Assembly (NCBI GenBank): GCA_963668175.1
Contig: OY764159.1
Span: 3,776,001-3,840,000, forward strand
DNA from: Syntrophales bacterium
Lineage (GTDB): Bacteria > Desulfobacterota > Syntrophia > Syntrophales > PHBD01
DNA length: 64,000 nt
Direction: 5' to 3'
The notes beneath the pieces are model-generated. The model was not told the DNA's origin. It saw only the letters and a program-made list of their open reading frames with translations, and did no database searches. Both the position numbers and the translations under genes were made by a program. This document shows, one piece after another, positions 38,746 through 48,838 of the stretch. The stretch's first letter is position 1. The number at the start of each line of letters is the position of its first letter.

Positions 38746-40707
38746 ATGATCTTCGTCAACAATATCCATCTCTCCTTCGCCACCAAAGCCATATTCGCCG
38801 GCATCAACTGGACCATCGGCGACAGGAGCCGCATCGGCCTCGTGGGCGACAACGGAACGGGCAAGACCACGTTGCTTCGCGCCATCATGGGACAGATCGA
38901 CCTGGACGAGGGAACCATCGAGATCGCCGGCCGCAAGAACAGGACCGTCGGATATCTGCCCCAGGACCTGATCGAACTGGAGCCGGTACCGCTCATCGAT
39001 TATTTAAAGAACCGCTGCGGGATCTCCGATCTGGAAAATGCCCTCAGACGGTACGAAGAGGCCATAGCGGCCGGCGGCCAGGGAGACCTGAACTACGACC
39101 TCCTTAAGAATTATGAGAATACCATGGCCGAATTCAACGCCCGGGAGGGTTATGCCTTCGAAGCGAGGGCCAAGCAGGTCCTGAACGGTATCGGCTTCAG
39201 GGACGACGAGTTCCACAAGAGGTGCTCCGATTTCTCCGGCGGCTGGAAGATGCGCATCCTCCTCTCCGTCATCCTTCTTTCCCGTCCTGATATCATGCTC
39301 CTCGACGAACCGACCAACCATCTCGACACGGAGAGTATGGAGTGGCTGGAAAGTTATCTGAAGGACTATCCGGGAACCATCATCACTATCGCCCACGACC
39401 GTGTCTTTCTCGACCGGATCGTGAGCCAGATCGCCGAACTCGCCAACGGCAATATCACGATCTATAAGGGAAGCTATTCTTCCTTCCTGAAGGATAAGGA
39501 ACAGCGTCTGGAGGCACTGAAGAGAGAGACTGCCCTGCAGAAGTCGGAAATCAAACGGACCCAGGAATTCATCGAACGCTTCCGCTACAAGGCCACGAAG
39601 GCCAAGCAGGTCCAGAGCCGGATGAAGGTTCTGGAGCGCCTGGAGGTTGTCCGGGAGCAGGAATCGTCCCGGACGGTCCGTATCAAGTTTCCCGAAGGCC
39701 CGCAGAGCGGCCGGGAAGTGGCCGCCATCCACGACGTATCCAAATCCTACGACGGTTTGCCCGTTCTGAAGCATATCCAATTCCATATCCATCGGGGCGA
39801 GAAGATCGCCCTGGTCGGCATGAACGGGTCCGGCAAGTCCACATTGTCCCGGTTGTTGGCTAAGACTGAAGAGCCGACGGTGGGATCGGTCCGTTACGGC
39901 CTGAATGTCGCCATGAGCTTCTTTTCCCAGGAAAGCGCGCAGAACCTGAATTACGAGATGACCGTCTGGGAGGACATCAATACGGTGGCCACCATGAGCA
40001 ACGATCAGGAAAAGCGCAACATTCTCGGCGCGTTCCTTTTTTCCGGGGACGACATCCACAAGCCGGTATCGGTTCTCTCCGGCGGCGAAAAGTCCCGCCT
40101 GGCCCTGCTTAAGATACTCCTTACGGAATCCAACTTCTTGATTCTGGACGAGCCGACCAACCATCTCGACCTGCGCACGAAGGAAATCTTCCAGAACGCT
40201 CTCCTGAATTATCGCGGCACGCTGGTCATTGTCTCCCACGACCGGTTCTTTCTCGACCACCTCGTCCACCGCGTGATCGAAATACGGGAACGCGGGATTC
40301 AAGATTACCCGGGCAATTACTCCTACTTCATCGAGAAGCGGAAGCAGCTGATGGAGGAGCAGAGCACTTCCGAAATCCAAAAGCAAGCGGATGCATCCGG
40401 GAAAATCGTTTCGGCCGTGAAGACCAAAGAGGAAAAGCGCCGGGAGGCCGAAGAGAGAAACCGGCTGTCCCGCACGCGCCGGGCGATGGAAAAGGATCTA
40501 CAGGGCGTGGAAGCGGACATTACGGCCCGGGAAACCCGAAAGGCGGAGATCGAGGCCCTGCTGTGCAATCCGGAAACCTTGAAAGACGGCGGCAGAATCA
40601 AGGCATTGAACATGGAGTTGAAAACCGTCGTCCTTTCCCTTGAAGCCGATTACCTGCGCTGGAACGACCTCGCCGCCCGGATTGAGGACATGAACGGCCA
40701 AGGTTGA
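38746..40707 (+). CDS. ABC-F family ATPase
   Basis: Two ABC domains (GDNGTGKT/FSGGW/LDEPTNHLD; GMNGSGKS/LSGGE/LDEPTNHLD), no transmembrane segments, coiled-coil C-terminus. Confidence 0.93.
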   Translation: MIFVNNIHLSFATKAIFAGINWTIGDRSRIGLVGDNGTGKTTLLRAIMGQIDLDEGTIEIAGRKNRTVGYLPQDLIELEPVPLIDYLKNRCGISDLENALRRYEEAIAAGGQGDLNYDLLKNYENTMAEFNAREGYAFEARAKQVLNGIGFRDDEFHKRCSDFSGGWKMRILLSVILLSRPDIMLLDEPTNHLDTESMEWLESYLKDYPGTIITIAHDRVFLDRIVSQIAELANGNITIYKGSYSSFLKDKEQRLEALKRETALQKSEIKRTQEFIERFRYKATKAKQVQSRMKVLERLEVVREQESSRTVRIKFPEGPQSGREVAAIHDVSKSYDGLPVLKHIQFHIHRGEKIALVGMNGSGKSTLSRLLAKTEEPTVGSVRYGLNVAMSFFSQESAQNLNYEMTVWEDINTVATMSNDQEKRNILGAFLFSGDDIHKPVSVLSGGEKSRLALLKILLTESNFLILDEPTNHLDLRTKEIFQNALLNYRGTLVIVSHDRFFLDHLVHRVIEIRERGIQDYPGNYSYFIEKRKQLMEEQSTSEIQKQADASGKIVSAVKTKEEKRREAEERNRLSRTRRAMEKDLQGVEADITARETRKAEIEALLCNPETLKDGGRIKALNMELKTVVLSLEADYLRWNDLAARIEDMNGQG

Positions 40708-40846
40708 TTCTTGCCCTGCAAGATTGACTCGTAGCTCTATCGGTTTATCCTTCCGTTTACAGATCATTCGGTCGAATCCGGACCGAGAATGGTTCAGCTA
40801 GAATGAAACGGCACGATCAATCCAGCTATCGCGGACGACTTCCATA

Positions 40847-40874
40847 TTGACAGAGGCTGGAAATTCGATAAAAT
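40847..40874 (+). promoter_or_regulatory. sigma70-type promoter
   Basis: TTGACA-16 nt-TAAAAT upstream of the HhH gene. Confidence 0.55.
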
Positions 40875-40900
40875 AAGAAATAAAATGAAAGGAGTACAGC

Positions 40901-41221
40901 ATGAAAAAACATCTTTTACTGAGAATCTCGACCGTCTTATTTGCCATTCTGTTTGTAACCGGCCTGTCCTATGCGGCCGACATGAAAGCCAAGGCAGCAG
41001 ACCAGCTGAAAACGGCCGCCAAGGCCGAACTGATCGACATCAACACGGCAACCGATCAGCAGCTCAAGTCATTACCGGGCGTCAGCGATGTCTACTCCAA
41101 GAAGATTATCGACAACCGCCCTTACAAGAAGAAGGATCAGCTTGTATCGAAGAACGTCATCCCCAAGGGAACCTACGACAAGATCAAGGATCTGATTATC
41201 GCCAAACAGCCCAAGAAGTGA
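40901..41221 (+). CDS. exported ComEA-like helix-hairpin-helix DNA-binding protein
   Basis: Signal peptide; IDINTAT..QL.SLPGV...KKII..RPY; AAGGAG SD. Confidence 0.85.
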   Translation: MKKHLLLRISTVLFAILFVTGLSYAADMKAKAADQLKTAAKAELIDINTATDQQLKSLPGVSDVYSKKIIDNRPYKKKDQLVSKNVIPKGTYDKIKDLIIAKQPKK

Positions 41222-41239
41222 GCACGTTTTCGCTCTTCA

Positions 41240-41269
41240 AAGAACCCCTCGGTGTGCCGAGGGGTTCTT
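41240..41269 (+). terminator. intrinsic terminator
   Basis: AAGAACCCCTCGG-TGTG-CCGAGGGGTTCTT. Confidence 0.8.
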
Positions 41270-41398
41270 CTCTTTCACTTGCCATAGATAACCCCGGAGA
41301 AACCGAAAGGGAGGATAGCGGCAGATTCTTATCGCCGGTTATTCAGGTTCCCCGGACCTTCATTCTTTTCCGGGATTAATGAAGTTTACCGCGCAACG

Positions 41399-41695
41399 AT
41401 GAAGCATTACGAAAGAATAAACGTGGAATGTTACAGCGGCTATAAAGCCAACGAGCGTCCCACGGCTTTTATCCATCGGGATCGACGATGGAAGATAGAA
41501 GCGATCATCGACCGGTGGTATGAAGGAGGGAGGGACCCGCAACAGCCGGCCGTCGACTATTTCAAAGTCAGAACCTGCGAAGGGATGGTCGTGATCCTTC
41601 GCTATCTCGCCCTCTTCGATTCATGGTCCATACTGACGGACGACCAAACGCTTCACAAGAACCCTATTGAAACTCCACAACGACAGGGTAGTTAA
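41399..41695 (+). CDS. hypothetical protein (possibly DUF6504-like)
   Basis: VECYSGYKA.ERP, IIDRWY, YFKV pattern. Confidence 0.65.
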   Translation: MKHYERINVECYSGYKANERPTAFIHRDRRWKIEAIIDRWYEGGRDPQQPAVDYFKVRTCEGMVVILRYLALFDSWSILTDDQTLHKNPIETPQRQGS

Positions 41696-42572
41696 GCTCC
41701 AGTCTGAAGCCGGGAAGGCCTTTCAGTAATGTTTTCGTCTCTTCGACCGATTGCGGCTTGGCCTCGTTCATCTTCTTGAGAAGTTCGTAGTCGCCGACAA
41801 TTTTGCCGAAATCGATCTCCATGAGGGTGAGCGTCGTACCGTCCCGGTAGGTTGCGTTCGTCCGGGTAATAGTCCCGACAATAGACAGCGAGATACTCAG
41901 CTTCATGTCCTGGAACATCGCTTTCAACATGTCGAGGCTTTCTTTCTCCGGCGGCTTGCCGGTACTATCCCCAATACCCTTCGTTTTCTCATCAGCAGAT
42001 GATTTCTCGCCGCCTATACCCTTCAATTCCGGAGAAAGAACAGTGAGCCGGGAGGGCGAACCCTTTTCAAATTGGAAGGATAGGGTTTCCTCCTTTTTTA
42101 CACCACCGTTATTTTTACTTTTATCGCCTTCGACCTTGTCCCCGGGATTCTGATTGACCCGGATCATGTTGATGTCCTTGAACGAATACAAGGCCGTGTA
42201 GCCCCCTGCCGTTTCCGTCTTGAACGGTTTGCTCTCGATGAATGTCACGGCGCCGCCGAATTGTCTCACCTGCTTGCCGGCGTCTTTGGCCATATCGCGT
42301 ATGATATCGTCGCGGGTCTTCTTGACCGGCTTCGGCGGACTTCCCTGGGCTCCATTCGATTCCTTGTTCGGAGTATGATCGTCCTTGTCACCGGGATTAT
42401 CCATCTGCGCCATGGAGACCATAAAGTCCAGCATCGTATTCGAATAGAGGACCGTTTCCCTGATGAATCCGCTGCCGTCGGGATGGACTTGAATAACGGT
42501 GTCGTTCTGAATGCAGCCGGAAAGCAAACCGGCGAGCAGAGCGGCCAGGACCTTCATTTTGATATGCTTCAT
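41664..42572 (-). CDS. hypothetical lipoprotein
   Basis: Lipobox LLSGC, V.PDGSG; GGAGG SD. Confidence 0.75.
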   Translation of the reverse strand: MKHIKMKVLAALLAGLLSGCIQNDTVIQVHPDGSGFIRETVLYSNTMLDFMVSMAQMDNPGDKDDHTPNKESNGAQGSPPKPVKKTRDDIIRDMAKDAGKQVRQFGGAVTFIESKPFKTETAGGYTALYSFKDINMIRVNQNPGDKVEGDKSKNNGGVKKEETLSFQFEKGSPSRLTVLSPELKGIGGEKSSADEKTKGIGDSTGKPPEKESLDMLKAMFQDMKLSISLSIVGTITRTNATYRDGTTLTLMEIDFGKIVGDYELLKKMNEAKPQSVEETKTLLKGLPGFRLELNYPVVVEFQ

Positions 42573-42968
42573 GCGTCTATCCTCCGGATCGTGCAACTTC
42601 ACTTGTTAACGGTTATTCTCATACTTAAAAGCATTTCAGAACCCCCACTCTTCTTGCCGATACGGATACGATGAGCCGACGGATTCACTCTGCTGATCAC
42701 AAAGCGGAAAGTCAAGGAATTCTTCCCAATACACCTTCTTTACAGATCATTACCGCCGATAAATCCCAAGATAATCGATCCGTCGGAATAATCCTCACTA
42801 ACAGCCGCATCGACGCCTGCCGCGCTGCACAGCGGTATGATCGCCGGGAAATAAAACCGTAGCCCACATCCCGACGCGGCGACCGGTCTTGGCGGATCAT
42901 CGTATATTCCTTCTCTGACCGGAGGCATTCTTATTGATAATCGGAAAGGGCTCTGTTATTTTAAGAGA

Positions 42969-43892
42969 ATGTCATCTGCTTTTCGCTTTAAAGATCTTGT
43001 ACTCGTTTTCGTTATTCTGGCCTCCATGACCGTCGGAATCGCATTCCCCCGTTTCGGAGAGTTGTTTCAGGATTTTCCGATTTACTGCATGATGTGCGTC
43101 TTCTTTCTCAGTTACCTGTCCATCGAGCTGAACACGGTCTGGCGGATGCTGAAGGCGCATACGGGCAGGATCCTGGGTTTCACCTTCCTCAAAAGCATCC
43201 TGATGCCGATTCTGATATACTATGCCTTTCTCGCGATTGCGCCCGATTACGCCCTTTCCGCCTTGCTTCTCACGGGTGTATCCACGGGGGTCGCCGCACC
43301 GTTTGTATCCAATATGGTGAAAGGCAACAGTTCGTTCGTCCTGGTTATCGTCGTGACGACATCCTTCCTGGCGCCTATCACCTTGCCTTTTCTCATCGAC
43401 ATCATAACCGTCAAAAAGTTGGAAATTTCCCTGCTAGGCATGATGCGGATGCTGGCGATGGTCATCTTCGTTCCGACCCTGGCCGTCGAGGTCTTGAGGC
43501 GTTTCTCCCCGGGCCTGCTGCAGTACGCCCGACGTCGGCACTTTTCTCTTTCGCTCGTCTTGTTCGCCGTTATGAATCTCGGCATCTTCTGGCGCTATTC
43601 GCCTCTTCTTCGGAATGATCCCGGGATGATCGTTACGGCATCGTTGGTCGCCATGATCCTGTCCGCCGTATACGGCATCTTCGGCATTCTTTTCTTCAGC
43701 AACCAAAGCCTGGAGAATCAAATGGCCGGAGCCGTCATGATGTCCAATATCAACAATGTCCTCATCGTCGTCTTATCCGCCAACTTTTTCGGGCCGCTGG
43801 AGTCGATTGTCGCCACCATGTATATGATCCCTTTTTTCGGTATCGTGATCCCCCTTCGCTATTACTATAACCGAAAAGCGACCGTCGCCTGA
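42969..43892 (+). CDS. bile acid:sodium symporter (BASS/SBF) family transporter
   Basis: About 9-10 hydrophobic segments; TGV.AP, KGN, T...AP.T.P. Confidence 0.75.
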   Translation: MSSAFRFKDLVLVFVILASMTVGIAFPRFGELFQDFPIYCMMCVFFLSYLSIELNTVWRMLKAHTGRILGFTFLKSILMPILIYYAFLAIAPDYALSALLLTGVSTGVAAPFVSNMVKGNSSFVLVIVVTTSFLAPITLPFLIDIITVKKLEISLLGMMRMLAMVIFVPTLAVEVLRRFSPGLLQYARRRHFSLSLVLFAVMNLGIFWRYSPLLRNDPGMIVTASLVAMILSAVYGIFGILFFSNQSLENQMAGAVMMSNINNVLIVVLSANFFGPLESIVATMYMIPFFGIVIPLRYYYNRKATVA

Positions 43893-44191
43893 CGGCCGGT
43901 TCCATATCGGGATTACCTATTCTCCCTTTCGGGCGGTCGCCGCCTGCGGTCCTGAAATGCCTGCCTCATTTTCCGCGAATTCCGGCCAACCACTCGATTA
44001 TCCGGTGTCGGCACGCCCATGCACTGAGGCGACCGGATCAATCAGTCCTTGTTTCTTGTATTTTCATGATTACATTATAACTAAGGAGAAGACGCGTCAT
44101 GGTTGGGATGAGAAGCCATTTACACCGGCGAGCAGGATGACCCAATACTGTGGAGCCGGTCGCTTGCGCGGGCAACCGAAAGGAGTGGCCT

Positions 44192-44368
44192 ATGAAAAAG
44201 GATATTCTGAAAAAGATCGTTCGCGATCCTTCGTATGGTGTGCCGATCCGAAGCCGTAACGAGGAGGAAATGGTCGAGACAGCCGTAATGCAAGCTGAAC
44301 AATTCCATAGAACGGACCTGGCAATCAAGGATATCAGGGCCTTGGTTGAAGATGCCAAGAATGGATAA
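44192..44368 (+). CDS. small hypothetical protein (58 aa)
   Basis: AAAGGAG SD before ATG 44192. Confidence 0.5.
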   Translation: MKKDILKKIVRDPSYGVPIRSRNEEEMVETAVMQAEQFHRTDLAIKDIRALVEDAKNG

Positions 44369-44472
44369 CGGGAAAGGCTACCGAGCGAGCGTGCTTTCGA
44401 GATAGCATGACTTCAGGGGGGATCGACCGCCGCGCATTAAACAGCAATGCAGAGGTTGGAGAAGAAGCGGAT

Positions 44473-44508
44473 AAAAAAAACCCCGGGGGCTGACGCTCCC
44501 AGGGTTTT
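44473..44508. terminator. intrinsic terminator of the CoA-transferase gene
   Basis: A8-CCCCGGGGGC-TGAC-GCTCCCAGGGTTTT, imperfect stem with U tract on the minus strand. Confidence 0.75.
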
Positions 44509-44534
44509 CTTATTGAATGAATGGTTTATAAAGC

Positions 44535-45869
44535 TTATTTGCTGCTCTTTCTCCAAATATTCATCTTCTGCGCGTCCTTGACCAATTCATCCCGCAGGTC
44601 GGGATGGGCAATACCGATCAGGGCTTCGGCTCTCTGCCAGGTGGATTTTCCTGCGAGGTCCGCGACACCGTATTCCGTTACGATCATATGGGCCTGGGTA
44701 CGGGGAACGGTCACGATCGATCCCTGGGGAAGCATCGGGGTAATGCGGGATTTCACATTGCCCTGTTTGTCCTTGTAGGAGGCGTTGCAGCAGATGAAGG
44801 ACATGCCGCCGTTGGACATATAGGCGCCGGTCGCATAGTCCAGCTGTCCGCCGGTGCCGCTGATGTGCCGCGGGCCGGAAGATTCGGACGAGATCTGCCC
44901 GAACAGGTCGACCTCGACACAAGCATTGATGGAAACCATATTGTCATGCTTCGCCATGATATGCGGCGCGTTGGTGTAGGATACCGGGTACGATGCCAGC
45001 GACGGGTTCAAGTCCATCCAGTCATAGAGGAACTGGCTGCCGGCGGCAAAGGCGTAAGCGCTCTTGCCTTTATCCAAACCCTTCTTCTTGTTGGTCAGCT
45101 TGCCCGCTTCATGCATATGGTAATAGGCGTCAACCAGCATCTCCGTATGGCAACCCAGGTCCTTGATATCCGATTCTGCGAGCATCGTGCCGACGATATT
45201 GGGCAGACCGCCGATGCCCAATTGGATGCAGGCGCCGTCCGGAATCATGGGAACGACGTGCCCGGCGATTTTCTTGTCGATTTCCGTCGGCGCAGCCGGG
45301 GGAATGACCTCGACCTTGGACTCGTGCTCGACGATATAGTCAACCTCGGAAACATGGACGACTTCATCACATCCGCCCATCGCCCAAGGAAGGAGGGGAT
45401 TCACTTCCAGGATAATTTTCTTGGAAATATCGAGGGCGGCGCGCACCGAGGCATTTCCCATATGGAAACTGAAGAATCCGTCCTTGTTCATCTTGGTCAC
45501 CCGGATCATCGACACATCCACGCTCTTGATACTTTTCTTGTAAAAGAGCGGCTGATTACGGAAGATCATCGGATGATAGTAGGCCCTGCCGCGGTCATGC
45601 AGCTTGCGGACGTATCCACTGAAATGCCAGTCTTGCAGGGTGAATACGTCGCCTTCGGGATCGGCCTCGATACAGGCCTGGGGGGTCAAGGTCAACGTGT
45701 GCCTGATGTTGATGTTCTTGAGCTCATCTTTGCGGGCTGCGAGGGCCTTGTCAAGTGCGACCGGCTTGGTGTGGCCGAATCCGTACTCAATCCAATCTCC
45801 ACTCTTCACCACTTTCACTGCTTCTTCGGGGCTAACAAGTTTCCTGCGATACTCTTCTGCGTGTGACAT
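44535..45869 (-). CDS. acetyl-CoA hydrolase/transferase family CoA-transferase (butyryl-CoA:acetate / 4-hydroxybutyrate type)
   Basis: EEY..KLVS..EAV..VKSGDW, QLGIGG, catalytic HTEM, SGTGGQLD, VTEYG, IAHPD.R. Confidence 0.9.
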   Translation of the reverse strand: MSHAEEYRRKLVSPEEAVKVVKSGDWIEYGFGHTKPVALDKALAARKDELKNINIRHTLTLTPQACIEADPEGDVFTLQDWHFSGYVRKLHDRGRAYYHPMIFRNQPLFYKKSIKSVDVSMIRVTKMNKDGFFSFHMGNASVRAALDISKKIILEVNPLLPWAMGGCDEVVHVSEVDYIVEHESKVEVIPPAAPTEIDKKIAGHVVPMIPDGACIQLGIGGLPNIVGTMLAESDIKDLGCHTEMLVDAYYHMHEAGKLTNKKKGLDKGKSAYAFAAGSQFLYDWMDLNPSLASYPVSYTNAPHIMAKHDNMVSINACVEVDLFGQISSESSGPRHISGTGGQLDYATGAYMSNGGMSFICCNASYKDKQGNVKSRITPMLPQGSIVTVPRTQAHMIVTEYGVADLAGKSTWQRAEALIGIAHPDLRDELVKDAQKMNIWRKSSK

Positions 45870-46321
45870 CGAACTACCTCCTATTTTTTTTTATGCCTCT
45901 GGTATAGGTGGCGCGTCTGTCCAAAAACGACTTCGATTTGTATAAGAATATGTCTGCCGAAAACGTTTTACATGTTTAACCCTGCCTCACCACACCACCT
46001 AAACAAAATGCAGTGACAGCTATCATATCTGCCATCAAAAAGCAATCGTGAATTGTCAGCCTGTAATCGTCGTCTTTTTAGTTTATTTTACAAGCAATTG
46101 GCGACTTGTTCGACGGAAATATCACCGATTCTCGACGATGCACGGGACCGCCATGCGAGCTGCCCCGTCAACCGTTATGTAACGATTAACCAATCGACGA
46201 ACACACCACAGCAATTTATATGTAATTGATTTTTCTACCGATTGAATGGGACAAAGATACGGTCAAGGAATTGAACGTATTATATTGTTATGCGCTTGAG
46301 GTTTTACGGTCATCATGAATC

Positions 46322-46354
46322 GACAAAAAGAGGCTGCCCGATCAGGGCACGCCT
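46322..46354 (-). terminator. intrinsic terminator downstream of two small ORFs
   Basis: Minus strand AGGCGTGCCC-TGATC-GGGCAGCCT-CTTTTTGTC. Confidence 0.55.
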
Positions 46355-46521
46355 ACGAGGCCCATCGCTCTTTTCCGCAGTCTTCCCAACGGCCAGATCT
46401 GAATAGACAGCGGGCTCGCCTCTTTTGTCAGGTTGTGCGATTCCTCCTCAAGATACTTTAAACCAGGAGCACTCGACTCGCGCGGCGCTCAATCCACTCC
46501 CTACCCCTGAGAGAAAGGTGT

Positions 46522-46632
46522 TTAGTGCATAACGTCGTTCACAAGAGTCGACTCGTAGCATTCCAGAGTTTCCTGCTTATCGGCATATTTATCTTTGCTT
46601 TTTCGATCTATAGGTTTGTCTTGCTTTTTCAT
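46522..46632 (-). CDS. putative 36-aa small protein (60 aa if GTG at 46704 is used)
   Basis: AAAGGAG SD; MKKQDKPIDRKSKDKYADKQETLECYESTLVNDVMH. Confidence 0.4.
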   Translation of the reverse strand: MKKQDKPIDRKSKDKYADKQETLECYESTLVNDVMH

Positions 46633-46826
46633 CGCTTTTCTCCTTTCGTTGTTTTTCGTCTTCACCTTAAAAGAAACGCTCCCGATCCATGATCCTGCGA
46701 TCACTTTCTCCTCCTCCATTCGTTCATGGACGGGGGCGCCCCCCCGCCTATAAACGAATGTTAGGAGATAGTCAGTGTCGTATTGCAGAATATACGATGA
46801 CTGACCAAGAGCTTCCGGAAATATTG

Positions 46827-46919
46827 TTACCTGAACATCGGGCCGCACATGGGATCGACCCACCGCTTCGCATCCAACTGTTTTTCTCTTTTGACTTCCT
46901 TCTTGATCGCCTTTCTCAT
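46827..46919 (-). CDS. putative 30-aa small protein
   Basis: Near-perfect SD TAAGGAGGT; MRKAIKKEVKREKQLDAKRWVDPMCGPMFR; absent from the ORF track. Confidence 0.45.
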   Translation of the reverse strand: MRKAIKKEVKREKQLDAKRWVDPMCGPMFR

Positions 46920-47374
46920 GACGCCACCTCCTTAGGGTTGAACATCGATGATATTTAAGGGGCCCGATTCACGCCTTTCCAGGCCCCGCCCTTCTTCCGT
47001 TGATGCTATGCTATCACACCGTCATTTAAAAAAAATCCGCAGCAGTCTGAAATCTCAATCAGACGTCCATCATTAAATCGCTCGGAATAGACGGCACCAG
47101 GCCATCGGACATTGTCTGATGCGATCCCGGAAAACGTTTAAGTATCCAGGCTATATTTCCGTCTTCCATCTACACCTGAGACATTAAATGTGGCAGGACG
47201 CCCCGCCGCAGATTCCGCAAAAAAAAGACTTGAGGTAAATCCTCTTCAATGCTTAAGTAAAATGAAGAGAGCTGACGACCGAGTTTCACGCCGAGTTCCA
47301 GGATATCCATCTTCTTACTCATCATTTCGAAGCAGTTGACTTTTGGTAATAAACTTTATCCTCAACCAATCGTT

Positions 47375-48670
47375 ATGACCGTCGACACAAAGCCGAACAA
47401 ATTGATGACCCGCGAACCCTTTCTGTCAATAACGCAGGCAGACAAGGGCTTCCTGCCGCTTTTGGAGGAACTGAGCAAAGCCGAGCAGGAAAAATCGGTC
47501 ATTCTGGACGCCATGACCGAACTCGTCCTGTACCTGGACAAAGACCTGAGGGTTATCTGGGCCAACAAGGCGATGCAAGCCGCTTTCAGCCTGGTTCCCG
47601 GACAATTGAACGGGAAATACTGTTTTGAAGTACTCCACAAGAGGAACAGGCCGTGCAGCAGTTGCCCGGCGGAAAAAACCCTGAAGACCGGCGAACCCCG
47701 CGAGGTCGTCAATCTTACTTCTTATAAGAAAAACTGGGTCTTGCGCAGTTACCCCGTTCGGGACGAAAACGGGGAGCTTTCGGGCGTCGTGGAAATCGTC
47801 ACGGACATCACCGAAAGAAGGCGCGCCGAAGAGGCTTTGAGAAAGTCGGAGCGCAAGTACCGGGAACTTTTCGAAAACGCGAACGACATCATTTTTATAC
47901 TGGATTTCACCGGCAAGATCCTGTCCAGCAATACGGCCTTTTCCAAGACATTCGGTTACGAACCGGAACAGATCAGAGGGCAAAGCATCGAACATATCCT
48001 TCATCCGGACGATGTTCTCCTGGTCCGTCAATTCCTGCAGAAGAAAGCGAGCGAGATCTACGTTCAGAACCCCCTTGAATTCCGGACGATGACCAGTTTC
48101 GGAGAAACGATCTGGCTGGAAGTCAACGCCAGGATCGTCAAGGAAGACGGCAGACAAGTCTCCATTCACGGCATTGCCCGCAATATCACGGAAAGGAAGA
48201 GAATGGAGGAAGCCCTGAAGAGGAGGGAACGGGAACTGGAAGAAAAGTCGAGGAACCTGAAAGACGCCAACACGGCACTTAAGGTCCTCCTGAAACGCCG
48301 TGAAGAAGACAAGACCGAACTCGAAGAGAAGGTCTTGTGCAACATGAGGGAACTGATCCTGCCTTACATCGAGAATCTTAAGCTTGCCACCGTCGACAGC
48401 CTGCAGCGAAATCAACTGAAAATCATCGAACGGAACATCAACGAGATCATCTCCCCTTTCCTGCGCAGCCTCTTCTCGAAATATCCCAACCTTACACCCA
48501 CGGAGATCAAGATCATCAATTTTATCAAAGAAGGACGAACAACCAAGGAAATGGCCGATTTTCTCAATGTATCGGCACGGACCGTCGAGGTTCACAGGGA
48601 CAACATCCGAAAAAAACTGGGGTTGAAAAACAGGAAGGCCAATCTCCGGTCCTATCTTATGTCCATCTGA
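47375..48670 (+). CDS. PAS-PAS-LuxR(HTH) one-component transcriptional regulator
   Basis: Two PAS/PAC domains (DITERR, NITERK), coiled coil, LTPTE ... TVEVHRDNIRKKLG; start uncertain. Confidence 0.9.
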   Translation: MTVDTKPNKLMTREPFLSITQADKGFLPLLEELSKAEQEKSVILDAMTELVLYLDKDLRVIWANKAMQAAFSLVPGQLNGKYCFEVLHKRNRPCSSCPAEKTLKTGEPREVVNLTSYKKNWVLRSYPVRDENGELSGVVEIVTDITERRRAEEALRKSERKYRELFENANDIIFILDFTGKILSSNTAFSKTFGYEPEQIRGQSIEHILHPDDVLLVRQFLQKKASEIYVQNPLEFRTMTSFGETIWLEVNARIVKEDGRQVSIHGIARNITERKRMEEALKRRERELEEKSRNLKDANTALKVLLKRREEDKTELEEKVLCNMRELILPYIENLKLATVDSLQRNQLKIIERNINEIISPFLRSLFSKYPNLTPTEIKIINFIKEGRTTKEMADFLNVSARTVEVHRDNIRKKLGLKNRKANLRSYLMSI

Positions 48671-48699
48671 AGCCCGATCGCGGCTCTACATAGCATATT

Positions 48700-48727
48700 T
48701 ACGTAGATAATAAGTATTTTTTCCGTA
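48700..48727. promoter_or_regulatory. three phased hexamer repeats, candidate regulator binding site
   Basis: TACGTA-N5-TAAGTA-N5-TCCGTA (11-bp period) directly before a TTGCAT -35-like box. Confidence 0.4.
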
Positions 48728-48838
48728 TTGCATCTTCATTCAATCGGTGTTTCTATCAACCCCAAAAGGATAATGCCGATTGTCGGATGCAGAGACAGCC
48801 AGCTCATTTTGACCGAATTCCATAAGGAGGTGTAACCT

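Noticed and set aside
39004..40386. 460-aa minus-strand ORF
   Set aside because: Shadow of the ABC-F gene; the same applies to 44604..45866 and 47426..48595 opposite their genes
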